This document shows positions 31,027 to 42,395 of a stretch of 64,000 nt of DNA, one piece after another (position 1 is the first letter of the stretch; each line of letters begins with the position of its first letter). Both the position numbers and the translations under genes were made by a program. Location of the stretch: assembly GCA_965197475.1 (NCBI GenBank), contig CBDANF010000003.1:3744001-3808000 (forward strand), written 5' to 3'. The stretch comes from Candidatus Poribacteria bacterium. Lineage in GTDB: Bacteria > Poribacteria > WGA-4E > WGA-3G. Below the pieces are notes generated by a model. It made no database searches and was not told the origin of the DNA. It saw only the letters and a program-made list of their open reading frames with translations.

Positions 31027-33759
31027 ATGGAAAGAGACGATGTTGAACTGATTCAAAGTATATTATCAGGTGACCAAGCTGCTTTCAGTATTTTGGTAAA
31101 AAATACCAAAAAAGTGTTCACGCGCTTGCATGGCGGAAAATTGGCGATTTCCATATCGCTGAAGAAATTACACAAGACACCTTCCTCCATGTGTACAAGA
31201 AACTGACCACACTGAAGAACCCAAAGCAGTTTGCGGGATGGTTGTATGTAATCGCTGATCGACGTTGCATCGCGTGGCTACGAAAGAAGAAACTGGATAT
31301 GCAATTGATGGAAGCCATCAGTGAAGAAACATTGGAGAAGACTGCTTATGCCAGTTATGTAACAAAACAGCGTGAAAAAGCAGCAGTTGAACATCAACGT
31401 AAAATTGTTCAAAGACTTCTGGAAAAACTACCGGAGAGCGAACGTACGGTGATGGTCCTCCACTATCTCGGAGAAATGACCTGCAAGGAGATAAGCAAGT
31501 TTTTAGGTGTGTCCCCGAACACGGTTAAAAGCCGACTTCAACGTGCTCGCAAACGATTAAGAAATGAAGAATCTATAATTCGAGAAACCCTTGGCGGGAT
31601 CCGACTCCCTGCCAACCTAACTGAGAACATCAGGCAGCAGATTGACAAAGTGAAACAGATGTCCCCATCGGGAGCGAAACCGTTTTCACCTCTTGCAGCT
31701 TTAGGCATATCTGCTATTTTGGTAATTTTGCTAATGGGAGCGAGCAATCAAATCATCACTAATTTTCAGCAACCGTATAGTGTTGACGCAGAATCAGAAA
31801 CTACAATTGAAATTGTTGACGCGCCTCTTGTTCTTGATATACAATCAAAACCCGATTTACAAAATCGGGTTGGGCGTGATGCTATTGTTGATAAAAACAG
31901 CGACAAAGGTCTAACAAAAGGAACAAAAAAAGTGGAAAATAACTTGGCACAAGATCCTATGCAATGGCACTTACCTGAAGATGCTAAAGCCCGTTTCGGT
32001 AAAGGAAGGATAAATGAAATACAGTATTCTCCCGATGGAAAGTTTCTTGCTGTTGCAAGTGGAATTGGTATTTGGCTTTATGATGTAACAGTATATCAAG
32101 AAGCTAGTCTTCTCACTGGACATAAGGGAACAGTTGACTGCCTTGCATTTAGTCCGGATGGACGCATCCTCGCGAGTGGAAGTAGCGACTACGGCACCAT
32201 CATCCTGTTGGATAGAAATACGGGGACGCAAAAAACGCTTACCGGACATACATATTTGATCTCAAACGTGGCATTCAGTCCAGATGGAAAAACACTCGCA
32301 AGTGATAGTCGGGACGGCACTATCTGTTTATGGGACACAATCACTGGAGAACAGATGTATACACTCACGAAAGATTCTGAACGCCTAACTATGTTATCAT
32401 TCACGCCAGATGGACAGACAATTGTGGGTGTAAGTTGGGACGACAAAATCAGTCTGTGGAATTCAATCACGGGTAAACACAAGAAGACCTTTGCTTTGCA
32501 TCCCGATTGTTCTGTTACGGGCGCGGCGTTTAATCCGGATGTGAAAACAGTCGCGATTGGCAGTGACAATGGCACAATCTACCTCCACGACTTGGATACA
32601 GGCAAACTCAAGATGACACTCACCGAACATAAGGAACGTATTGACAACTTAGCGTTTAGTCCTGATGGAAATACACTCGCTACTGCGTCATTCAGAGATG
32701 AAACTATCCGTCTATGGGATGCCAACACAGGCAAACACAGACTAACACTCACTGGACCACAGGCGCAATATGCACACACCCGGTATGTTCGAGGCTTCGT
32801 GTTTAACCCTGATGGAAAAACCCTTGCAAGTGGAAGTGGTGATGGCACTATCCGTTTTTGGGATACCCGCACTGGTGCCGAAAAACACAGATTCACTGGA
32901 CATTCAGAATCTGCCTTGAGTGTTGCGTTCAACAAGGATGGCAACATCATTGCAAGTGGGTCTACCGATGATCTTGTTCGCTTGTGGAATGCGGGACACA
33001 GGACAACACATCAAAACGATCAATCGGTCTAAGGATATCACTCACTGGACACGCAGCATGCTGTTCAGTCCAGATGGAAAAATTCTTGTTTGCGGAACTG
33101 ACGAAGGTATAGGTATATGGAATTTACACACAGGTGAAAACAAGAATAAATTCTATGTGGATAGTCCCTGTACCCCCGCACTTAGTCCCGATGGGAATAC
33201 ATTTGCAAGTGGGGTTGACGAGAAAACTATATCCTTATGGGATGTACACACAGGCAAACACAAGAAAACTCTTACCGGAGATTTAGATCAGATGAGTTGC
33301 TTAGTATTCAGCCTGGATGGTAGAATTCTTGCGGGTGGGAGTTTGGACGGCACCATCCGCCTTTGGGATATTGACACTGGCAAAAACAAGACACTTAGAG
33401 GACATGTAGATTGGGTGAATGCTTTAACGTTCACCCCAGACGGAAAAACCCTTGCGAGTGGGAGTGACGACACTACCATCCGCTTTTGGGATGTTGACAC
33501 AGGCAAGAACAAGATGATGCTCAGAGGATCGGATTGGCATCACAGTTATGCGTTAGCTTTTAGTCCAGATGGAAAAACCCTTGTGAGTGGAGATAGAAGT
33601 AAGAACATCTGTCTCTTTGATGCACACACCGGTGAGCAGAAGAATACACTTACAGGTCATACTGATCAGGTCAGCAGTCTCGCGTTCAGTCCTGATGGCA
33701 ACATCCTCGTTAGCAGTAGTCATGATGGCTCTGTGCTTCTCTGGGAAATAGATCCCTAA
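31027..33759 (+). pseudogene. Membrane-anchored ECF sigma factor fused to WD40 propellers, with two frameshifts
   Basis: ATG 31027 (AGGAG RBS) MERDDVELIQSILSGDQAAFSILV; 1 nt missing at the A-run 31098-31103; extra G near 32993-32995 (WNA/DTGQHIKT); ORF-track pieces 31191-33032 and 32920-33759. Confidence 0.85.
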
Positions 33760-33887
33760 ATACTAAACCTCTCAGTGTAGACTTCCTAATTTTGATTCAG
33801 GAAGTTCAAAACTTTATATTAACCTATCTCATAAATCAAAGAAATGACGAGGACTCCGTGCCTCGCCATTTCTTTGGAGAGAAACCG

Positions 33888-34808
33888 ATGGAAATTCATC
33901 AATACACCACCGATATACAAACACCCTTAACTCAATTTTATAATCGACAAACTATCAATGTTCCACACTGTTATCCTGTAAAAGAAGAGGAAATGGCGAT
34001 TGCGTTGTGCGGTGTTACAACAGGAAAATCCGATGCTAAAGAAGGTGGACTTGATTCCGAAACTGCCTATGTAGCTATAACAGATGGTGAAGTACAGGCA
34101 CTTATTCACGTCGGTGTCGGACACATTGGAAAAAACAGAGAAGAGGACATTGGTGTTATTCGGTTTTTTGGTTACGAGCGCGGTACACGGCAGGCGGGGC
34201 AAGCAGTGCTTGAAAAGGCAGAAACTTATCTGAAAACATATAACGTTCCCAAAATTTTCGCTTTCTCATTGGACTGTCGGTATCGTTTCTATCATTTTGA
34301 GCACGCATGTTTATCCGATGCACTTGATCATGTTCAAGCACTTCTCCGCTTGAACGGTTATAGCCCTGATGACAATCAAGTCTTTTTAGATTGGGAAAAC
34401 TACGCCGTTACTCCAAGACCTTCAGATCTGCTAGTAACGCTTTCTGTAAATTGGGAACATGGACGTGGACAACGTCCGAACTGCACCGTAAAAGCCTATC
34501 AAGACGATAAGGAAGTAGGTGAGTGTAATTCTGTCTCCGGTGGAGAGTTTTCAAGTCATCCGGATGCACAAGATTGGCTTCATACCTTGTGGCTCGGTGT
34601 AGAAAATGAGTTTCAAGGACAAGGTTTGGGACGTTACCTACTCCAGTACACGCTTCAAGAAATGCATCAAATCGGATACCGACATGCAGCTATTAGCACG
34701 AATTTATACAACCATCGCGCATTTCTCTTTTACAGCAACTGTGGTTATCGGGCAGTGGATTGGACTTATGAGTTCGTTAAAGTCCTTTCAAAAGATTCTT
34801 CAAACTAA
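33888..34808 (+). CDS. GNAT family N-acetyltransferase
   Basis: LGVENEFQGQGLGRYLL...N.RA..FY...GY; GGAG RBS before ATG 33888. Confidence 0.85.
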   Translation: MEIHQYTTDIQTPLTQFYNRQTINVPHCYPVKEEEMAIALCGVTTGKSDAKEGGLDSETAYVAITDGEVQALIHVGVGHIGKNREEDIGVIRFFGYERGTRQAGQAVLEKAETYLKTYNVPKIFAFSLDCRYRFYHFEHACLSDALDHVQALLRLNGYSPDDNQVFLDWENYAVTPRPSDLLVTLSVNWEHGRGQRPNCTVKAYQDDKEVGECNSVSGGEFSSHPDAQDWLHTLWLGVENEFQGQGLGRYLLQYTLQEMHQIGYRHAAISTNLYNHRAFLFYSNCGYRAVDWTYEFVKVLSKDSSN

Positions 34809-34883
34809 TCTCAAATCGTTTTTTTTAAACCTTTTGCCCAAAAACCTTCCCTCTATATATTAAAACCTAATTGGGATTTTTTT

Positions 34884-36518
34884 ATGTACAATGATTTAGA
34901 ATTCATTGAAAGTCTAAAAGATGAAGAACTTATACGATTAGTACAAAACCTTAATGAAGCAGCTTTTTCTGAACTTATGTCTCGGTATACGCCACGAATC
35001 TGGCATGTGATAATAGCTAACTCGCGCCAAATTCAGGATGCTGAAGAAATACTCACAGATATATGGGTAGCAATATGGGATAACATCGGCAGGCTTAAGA
35101 AAGTAGATAGTTTTGGACCATGGCTGCAGAAAATTGCTTATACCGCTTGTAACAGGTACTACGCTTCTGCTAATCGCTCAAGAGATGAAATCCCGCACAC
35201 CGATGCAGAGTTAGTTGAGCAGATTGACCGAGAGGCAGCACCACGCTTCCGGGAAAATGAGCTTCGTACTGAGGTAAGAGAAGCAGTCCGGCATCTTCCT
35301 CAGCGGGTGCGTTCCGTTGCAGTATTGTACTATTTAGAATCATGGCGTATGAAAGAGATTGCCGAAGAGCTTGACCTGCTGATCGGCACCGTCAAGACGA
35401 AACTCAGAGAAATACGATCACTCCTGCGAAAGGAGTTTGATGTGGAACCAAACAAAGGAGAAATTATGTCGTCAGAATTTGTTCAAACGCAAAATCAAAA
35501 CGATATGGAGACATACGAAAAACTAATTACCGCAGCAACAAAAGGTGATTGTGAAGCAACAGAATTGCTAAAAGACCGATTAAAACCCTTGATCCGAAAT
35601 GTTCTTGAGAGTTTCTTTAGGAGTTATGATGATGAGATAAAAACACTTGAGTCCCGTACGTTGGGTAAGGTAATCAATTCGTTAGATTCTTTTCTATTAA
35701 TAAGATCATTCGAAACATGGGTACGGAACGTAGCTAGGCATACCGCTATACAGCATAATAACCAATATTTCTTTAACACTGTAAACCCTAATTCCAAAAG
35801 GATGAATTCAAAGAAGGTAGAACAAAAAGAGTCTTCAGGTTGCGGTTGTGGACCGCCACGCGAACTCGTTGAAGCATTTGAAAAAGCGACAATAATTCCA
35901 AAAGAACTCCTTGCAGTAAAGGTAGAATTACCGCCAACTATTGATGGGAATTTGGATGATCCTTGTTGGCAAATTGCACCCAAGGCAGTTGATTTTACCG
36001 ACAGAAATACCGGTGGTGAACTTGCCAAAAACCAAACTGAAGTCAGAATGGTCTATACCGATAAAGCGATTTATACGGGATGGTATCTTTACGATGACAA
36101 GCCTGAGGAAATCGTTGCACATCAGACAGAACATCAAGTCAGACCAAAACGCGAGGATTGGGTTTTGTTTACAATTGATCCGTTTCATACGCATCAATTT
36201 AGGGATCGGACATTTTTTATGGCAAATCCTCTTGGCAGTAAATATGTCAGTCGTCCTCCAAAAGATGTCCAAAAGAGCGATGCGCCGAACTTATGGAAGG
36301 TTGCAGCGAATATAGTGGATGACGGTTGGGTTGTTGAGATGGAGATACCATGGGAAATGTTGGATTATCCACAGACTACAACCCCTATTCAGATAGGAAT
36401 TAATTTTGACCGGTGGCACCCGAGAAATCGAGAAAATTCATGGTGGTCAAAAGCAGGTCTTCGGGAAAATGGCAGACCGGATGGACATTGGCAAGATGTG
36501 TTGCCACCACAAAAATAA
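34884..36518 (+). CDS. ECF sigma factor fused to a second sigma2-like domain and a CBM9/DOMON-like sugar-binding domain
   Basis: DAEEILTDIWV..SFGPWLQKIA; GTVKTKL; second GD.EA..L..R...SFETWVRNVARH; PTIDGNLDDPCW, WVVEMEIPW; no TM seen. Confidence 0.85.
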   Translation: MYNDLEFIESLKDEELIRLVQNLNEAAFSELMSRYTPRIWHVIIANSRQIQDAEEILTDIWVAIWDNIGRLKKVDSFGPWLQKIAYTACNRYYASANRSRDEIPHTDAELVEQIDREAAPRFRENELRTEVREAVRHLPQRVRSVAVLYYLESWRMKEIAEELDLLIGTVKTKLREIRSLLRKEFDVEPNKGEIMSSEFVQTQNQNDMETYEKLITAATKGDCEATELLKDRLKPLIRNVLESFFRSYDDEIKTLESRTLGKVINSLDSFLLIRSFETWVRNVARHTAIQHNNQYFFNTVNPNSKRMNSKKVEQKESSGCGCGPPRELVEAFEKATIIPKELLAVKVELPPTIDGNLDDPCWQIAPKAVDFTDRNTGGELAKNQTEVRMVYTDKAIYTGWYLYDDKPEEIVAHQTEHQVRPKREDWVLFTIDPFHTHQFRDRTFFMANPLGSKYVSRPPKDVQKSDAPNLWKVAANIVDDGWVVEMEIPWEMLDYPQTTTPIQIGINFDRWHPRNRENSWWSKAGLRENGRPDGHWQDVLPPQK

Positions 36519-36660
36519 TTCCGCATTCTGAAAATAAACTTGCAATTATGAGACGTTGAAACTTATACGAAGGTAAATGTCCGAGGTGACAATACCGTAA
36601 GTGTATTAGTCGCCTCGGACATTTACGGTAGCGCAATTCATTGTACTCGGACATCTGTGT

Positions 36661-36686
36661 ACGGCACGCAGAGGGTGCCTACTACC
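36661..36686 (-). repeat. GTAG-type REP copy
   Basis: acggcacgcagag..tgcctactac also at 42579-42604. Confidence 0.65.
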
Positions 36687-36785
36687 TTTAAGCACATATT
36701 TTACATTGAATAATTTATGCATACCCTTCAATCAATTATTGTAGACTTACTACAATGAACCGATTACAATAAAAAGGAGTACACA

Positions 36786-37388
36786 ATGTTAAGGTCTTTA
36801 TCCGGGATTATAATTGTTACTTTTCTCTTAGCGGGTGTTGTCCTTGTTTCAAACATAAATGCGATCCCACAGAATGATACACAAAAATCCGATAAATCGA
36901 AAAATGAAAATCCGCCGAAACTTACCAAAAATTCAGAATTAGAATCGTTTGTTCCGCTTACACAAAGCGGCTATAAGTTAGCGATCCGTTTTGCATCTCA
37001 TGAAGATTTAAGAAAGGAACTTGCACCACTTTTCTTAAGCGAATTACGAAACATAAAAGACGTTATACTTGTTGAAAATGATAGAGAAGCCGATCTGATA
37101 ATCCCGGTTACGGCAATATGGGTACAGAAAGATAATGAAGAAAAAACGAAGTCAATTATTTCACTATGCGCTAATTTTCTCAAACCACTTGATATTGATA
37201 GGATTAAACCGAATATCATTCCAGAAAAATGGGAAGAAACTAACCAACTTCTACAAAATACATTTGTTATGGTGACGACAGCAGTTTACACGTCTTCGCT
37301 TAAGAAACTTCCGGAGTTAGTGAAAGAAGTTGTTAGCGTAATGGATAAGGAAATTTTAGAAGTTGATCGAAAAAGGCGGCGCAAATAA
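36786..37388 (+). CDS. Secreted hypothetical protein
   Basis: AAGGAG RBS, signal peptide, 200 aa. Confidence 0.7.
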   Translation: MLRSLSGIIIVTFLLAGVVLVSNINAIPQNDTQKSDKSKNENPPKLTKNSELESFVPLTQSGYKLAIRFASHEDLRKELAPLFLSELRNIKDVILVENDREADLIIPVTAIWVQKDNEEKTKSIISLCANFLKPLDIDRIKPNIIPEKWEETNQLLQNTFVMVTTAVYTSSLKKLPELVKEVVSVMDKEILEVDRKRRRK

Positions 37389-37699
37389 ATATATCAGATT
37401 TACATCCTCAACTTATAGTGGCAAATACATTTATTGAGAAATATAAAATAAATAGACACTTATTGCTAGGCGCGCTTACAAAGCGCGTTTACTAATGTTA
37501 TAGACATATCGTCCCTACGGGACTAAAGAGATAGGATAACCTGTCTACAAACATATCGTCCCCACCGAATGCCATAGGTGCATGTTGAGTGCAAACGGTA
37601 ATTGAATCGAAATAGCAGATCGGTAAATTTGCATAATCTATAATCCGCTGGGCACGCACTTCATGTTTGACAGAATATTTACACATCTGCCCTAACCTG

Positions 37700-37877
37700 T
37701 CCCAATGAAGAATCTCTTGCATTTTGCCGGAAACCTGTGTTAGTATAGACTTTGGAACACCTTTTCTGTAGAATAAAATAGATTTGTTCTCTACATGATA
37801 CAAAAGGTGTTCCCACTTTACAACACTATTTCATAATCAAAAATACGCTGAACTTTGCTTAAATTGACAGCTATGGG
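37700..37877 (-). mobile_element. Truncated IS left end with TIR cata(g/a)(g/c)tgtcaatttaag and transposase-like N-terminus remnant
   Basis: Homologous to 56354-56530 (SILTQVS..MQEIL); the end abuts a REP hairpin at 37875-37902. Confidence 0.6.
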
Positions 37878-37931
37878 TTTCGCTGCGCTCTACCCAACCT
37901 ACACTTCATTTCTTATTTTGAACTCACGTTA

Positions 37932-39188
<1,257 letters not shown>

Positions 39189-39211
39189 CTACCTCCTTCG
39201 CCATGTGATTG

Positions 39212-39740
39212 TTACCATGCCTCTTCAATCCACTCGTTGTCGTGATCTGGATTATAGATTAACCCTTTTCTAATACCATTTCTATTTGAAAAACTTACAT
39301 AACGACTATTCTTTAAAAGTCCCCCTGATAAGGGGGTTTCTTCCACGGACAAATCCCTAATGAAAGATAATTTATTAGAAATGGTATAATGTCTAAACAG
39401 AGGTCAAGTTGTTCCAGGACCATGTGTCCAACAAGGACAGGTGCATCCGCTGGCAGGTCCGTTACCGGAAGCGTTCCCTCCCGTTCCAATACGGTAAATC
39501 GCACTTCTGAATAAATAATCCGGTCTACGGTACCATTTGCGGTTTTCGCCTTTGCTCTACCGAAGGGTGTCAAGCCGAGCTGTTCAATGATCGGTTTCGG
39601 CAATGATAACCGCGTCGCCCCAGTATCAATAAGTGCGTCTTTAACAATGACACGGCGGACATCTTTAGGGTCAATAAAACCGCTGTTTGCCAAATTCAGA
39701 TCTTTAATGTTTGTAAGTACGATTTCCGTTGACCGAATGA
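39212..39740 (-). pseudogene. Clan AA (retropepsin-like) aspartyl protease disrupted by a MITE
   Basis: ALIDTGAT and VLVGHMVLEQLDL; removing the MITE restores LDIRKGLIYNPDHDNEWIEEAW*; no clear start codon. Confidence 0.8.
39274..39386. mobile_element. 113-bp MITE with TAA target-site duplication
   Basis: TIR taccatttcta/tagaaatggta flanked by TAA (39271-73, 39387-89); internal ccccct-gata-aggggg hairpin. Confidence 0.85.
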
Positions 39741-39879
39741 ATCAAAGAATTCTTGAAAATTGTCAAAGTGGCGATGTTTTAGTTTTCAACGTTCTTATTC
39801 TAAGTATACCACACAATGCTTCCGAGTTCAAGCATTTTGCAGACACCACGCCATCATGTTCATGAGAAACCATCTGAAC

Positions 39880-41025
39880 CTAATACTCCCGTTTATGCCA
39901 ATCATCTTCCCAGAGGTTGAATGACCCTTCGCGATACGGATGCGCCGCAATGAGGTCTTCATTCAATTTCATGCCGAGTCCTGGTCCATCGGGAAGACTA
40001 AAGTATCCATCTATAACCTCTGGACAGCCGGTTGCGGCTTCTTTTACCCAAGCTTCAGAAAAATCGTTGAAATGCTCCTGAATTTTGAAGTTGGTTGTAC
40101 ATGCAGCGAAGTGCAAGGCAGTCGCTGTTGAAACCGGTCCGCCGACGTTATGTGGGGCGACCGTCATATAACACATATCTCCCATCGCAGCGATTTTCTT
40201 GGTTTCCAAAAATCCACCAGTCTGGGTAATGTCGGGTTGTAGGATATCCGCCGCTTGCAAGTTAATCAACTCGCGATACTCATATTTGCTATGAAGTCGT
40301 TCTCCTGTGGCAATAGGTAGATTGATCTTTTCAGCTGCTTTTGCGAGTGCTGCGATGTTATCAGGCGGTACCGGCTCCTCGACCCAACTCGGTTGAAATT
40401 GCTCCAATTCTGCGGCTATCTCTATTGCAGTGTACGGACTAAATCGACCATGCATCTCAACGAGTATTTCGACATCGGGTCCAACAGCATCGCGCACGGA
40501 TTCTACAAGTGAAACAGATTTCAATTTCTCCTCATAAGAGAGTTCATAATAGCCTGCCCCAAATGGATCAAACTTGAGTGCTTTATAACCTTTTTCAAGC
40601 ACCTTTTTTGCAGCATCGTGAAATTCTTCAGGTGTCCGTTCAACACGATACCAACCGTTAGCGTAAGCCTTGATTTTATTGCGGCAGGCACCGCCAAGCA
40701 AACGATAGACGGGTTGATTCAACGCCTTGCCGATAATATCCCAACACGCGATCTCAATGACGCTAATGCCAGTTGCCACGATTTCACCAGCACGTCCATA
40801 GTCGTCCCGAAACATACGTTGGTAAAGGTCTTCCGTATTGAACGGGTCGCTTCCGATAACATGTCTACGTTTTGCACCGTCAATATATGCAACGAGTGCA
40901 TCTGTGCGGTTGTTCATCCGCACCTCGCTAATACCGGTTAATCCTTCGTCAGTTTCAACTTTAACGAAAGTTAAATTTCGCCAACTTGTCCCCATTACCA
41001 GGGTAATGACATCTGTAATTTTCAT
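39880..41025 (-). CDS. Mandelate racemase/enolase superfamily dehydratase (DgoD-like)
   Basis: IEIACWDIIGK, YANGW, KFDPFG, EMHGR, EEP, ATGER, QPD, APHN. Confidence 0.9.
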   Translation of the reverse strand: MKITDVITLVMGTSWRNLTFVKVETDEGLTGISEVRMNNRTDALVAYIDGAKRRHVIGSDPFNTEDLYQRMFRDDYGRAGEIVATGISVIEIACWDIIGKALNQPVYRLLGGACRNKIKAYANGWYRVERTPEEFHDAAKKVLEKGYKALKFDPFGAGYYELSYEEKLKSVSLVESVRDAVGPDVEILVEMHGRFSPYTAIEIAAELEQFQPSWVEEPVPPDNIAALAKAAEKINLPIATGERLHSKYEYRELINLQAADILQPDITQTGGFLETKKIAAMGDMCYMTVAPHNVGGPVSTATALHFAACTTNFKIQEHFNDFSEAWVKEAATGCPEVIDGYFSLPDGPGLGMKLNEDLIAAHPYREGSFNLWEDDWHKREY

Positions 41026-41027
41026 TG

Positions 41028-42395
41028 CTAACCTCTCGCTTCTCCTTTAGATGCGCGGCGTTGTCCGCTTCCTTGTTGCGGTGCTGGTTCAATAGTCGGT
41101 GCATCTTCACCTGCTTCAACCATCCGCCGAATAAGTCGTTCCCGCATTACTTCTGCCACATTTTCATGCGAACGAAGTCCTACGAGATTTCGCAACTCGT
41201 AGGGATCTGCGTCAAGGTCATAAAGGTACTGCTCTACATATACGTCAGAGCCAGCGTCTTTTCCGCCACTCTTTTTAGGGGCATCTACACCATATTTCCA
41301 ACGTTGGGTGCGGACAGCACGTCCTACCTGAGCTTCGCTAATTTGGACGAACACCTCATCAGGCCAATCTTCTGTTTCACCCCGCAATAACGGCAGAATC
41401 GACCGACCTTGCATCTCATCAGGCACAGCCAAACCTGCTGCATCCAGAAGTGTCGGCGGAAGGTCTACAAGACTCACGAGCTGTTGAATCTGTCCACCGC
41501 CTATGAACCTTGGTCCGTGGAAAGCCGTTGGCACGCGGATAGAACTTTCATGGCACGAACGCTTATATTCACTATTGCGCGTTTTGAAATGGCACCCGTG
41601 GTCAGAGGTGAACAGAATAATTGTATTCTCAAGTAGATGAAGGCTTTTGAGAGTATCTAATAGTCTTCCGAGTGCTTCGTCCAATCTTTTCACCATGCCG
41701 TAGTAGCCTCCTAAGTGCTGATGTGTTGAACCACCCAGCGCGGCTAAATCAGGTGGTATCCACTTCCCTGTATACCTTTCCCTATATCCATCCGGCGGCG
41801 GATAATCGTCCAGATGGTTTTGGTGATGCGGTTCAATATACGATGTAAAAAGATAGAAAGGATCGTTTTTGTGTTGGTCAACATAACGTATAACCGCATC
41901 GGTTACCGCATCTACACGATAGCCGGGCAGGTCAACAGGTTGATTGTCGTTATCAAATAGTCTTGTCTGGTATGCATCAGAGGTCATTTCCAGCACATTG
42001 GACGCTAACCAATAGTTATATCCACCGCGATGTTCAGGTGGCACAGGTCCGGGTCCAGTGCCACCTGAATAGAGGTGCCACTTTCCGATGTATCCAGTAG
42101 CGTAGCCTGCATCACCGAAATGATGGGCAAGTGTTTTAAGATTGGGTGATAACGGGATGCCGTTACGGAAACATCCAGTGCGTGTCGCGTATAGTCCGGT
42201 TTGTAGGCATGAACGCGCGGGTCCGCAGACAGGTTGACATGTAAAAGAACGGTGGACATGCGTGCCTCGTTGTGCCATCCGATCAAAGTTTGGCATTAAA
42301 TCAAGCGGATTGCCGTGCAAGCCAGAGGTGTCCCACCGCTGTTGGTCCGTAAAAAAGACAATAACATTCGGTTGATTTGCGTCAGTTTGTGACAT
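41028..42395 (-). CDS. Sulfatase
   Basis: PNVIVFFTDQQRWD, CGPAR formylglycine motif, GKWHL, FTSDHG. Confidence 0.93.
   Translation of the reverse strand: MSQTDANQPNVIVFFTDQQRWDTSGLHGNPLDLMPNFDRMAQRGTHVHRSFTCQPVCGPARSCLQTGLYATRTGCFRNGIPLSPNLKTLAHHFGDAGYATGYIGKWHLYSGGTGPGPVPPEHRGGYNYWLASNVLEMTSDAYQTRLFDNDNQPVDLPGYRVDAVTDAVIRYVDQHKNDPFYLFTSYIEPHHQNHLDDYPPPDGYRERYTGKWIPPDLAALGGSTHQHLGGYYGMVKRLDEALGRLLDTLKSLHLLENTIILFTSDHGCHFKTRNSEYKRSCHESSIRVPTAFHGPRFIGGGQIQQLVSLVDLPPTLLDAAGLAVPDEMQGRSILPLLRGETEDWPDEVFVQISEAQVGRAVRTQRWKYGVDAPKKSGGKDAGSDVYVEQYLYDLDADPYELRNLVGLRSHENVAEVMRERLIRRMVEAGEDAPTIEPAPQQGSGQRRASKGEARG

Noticed and set aside
7907-33759. Diversity-generating retroelement or shufflon acting on the propellers
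   Set aside because: No reverse transcriptase, recombinase, adenine-specific TR/VR pair or inverted cassettes seen in the window
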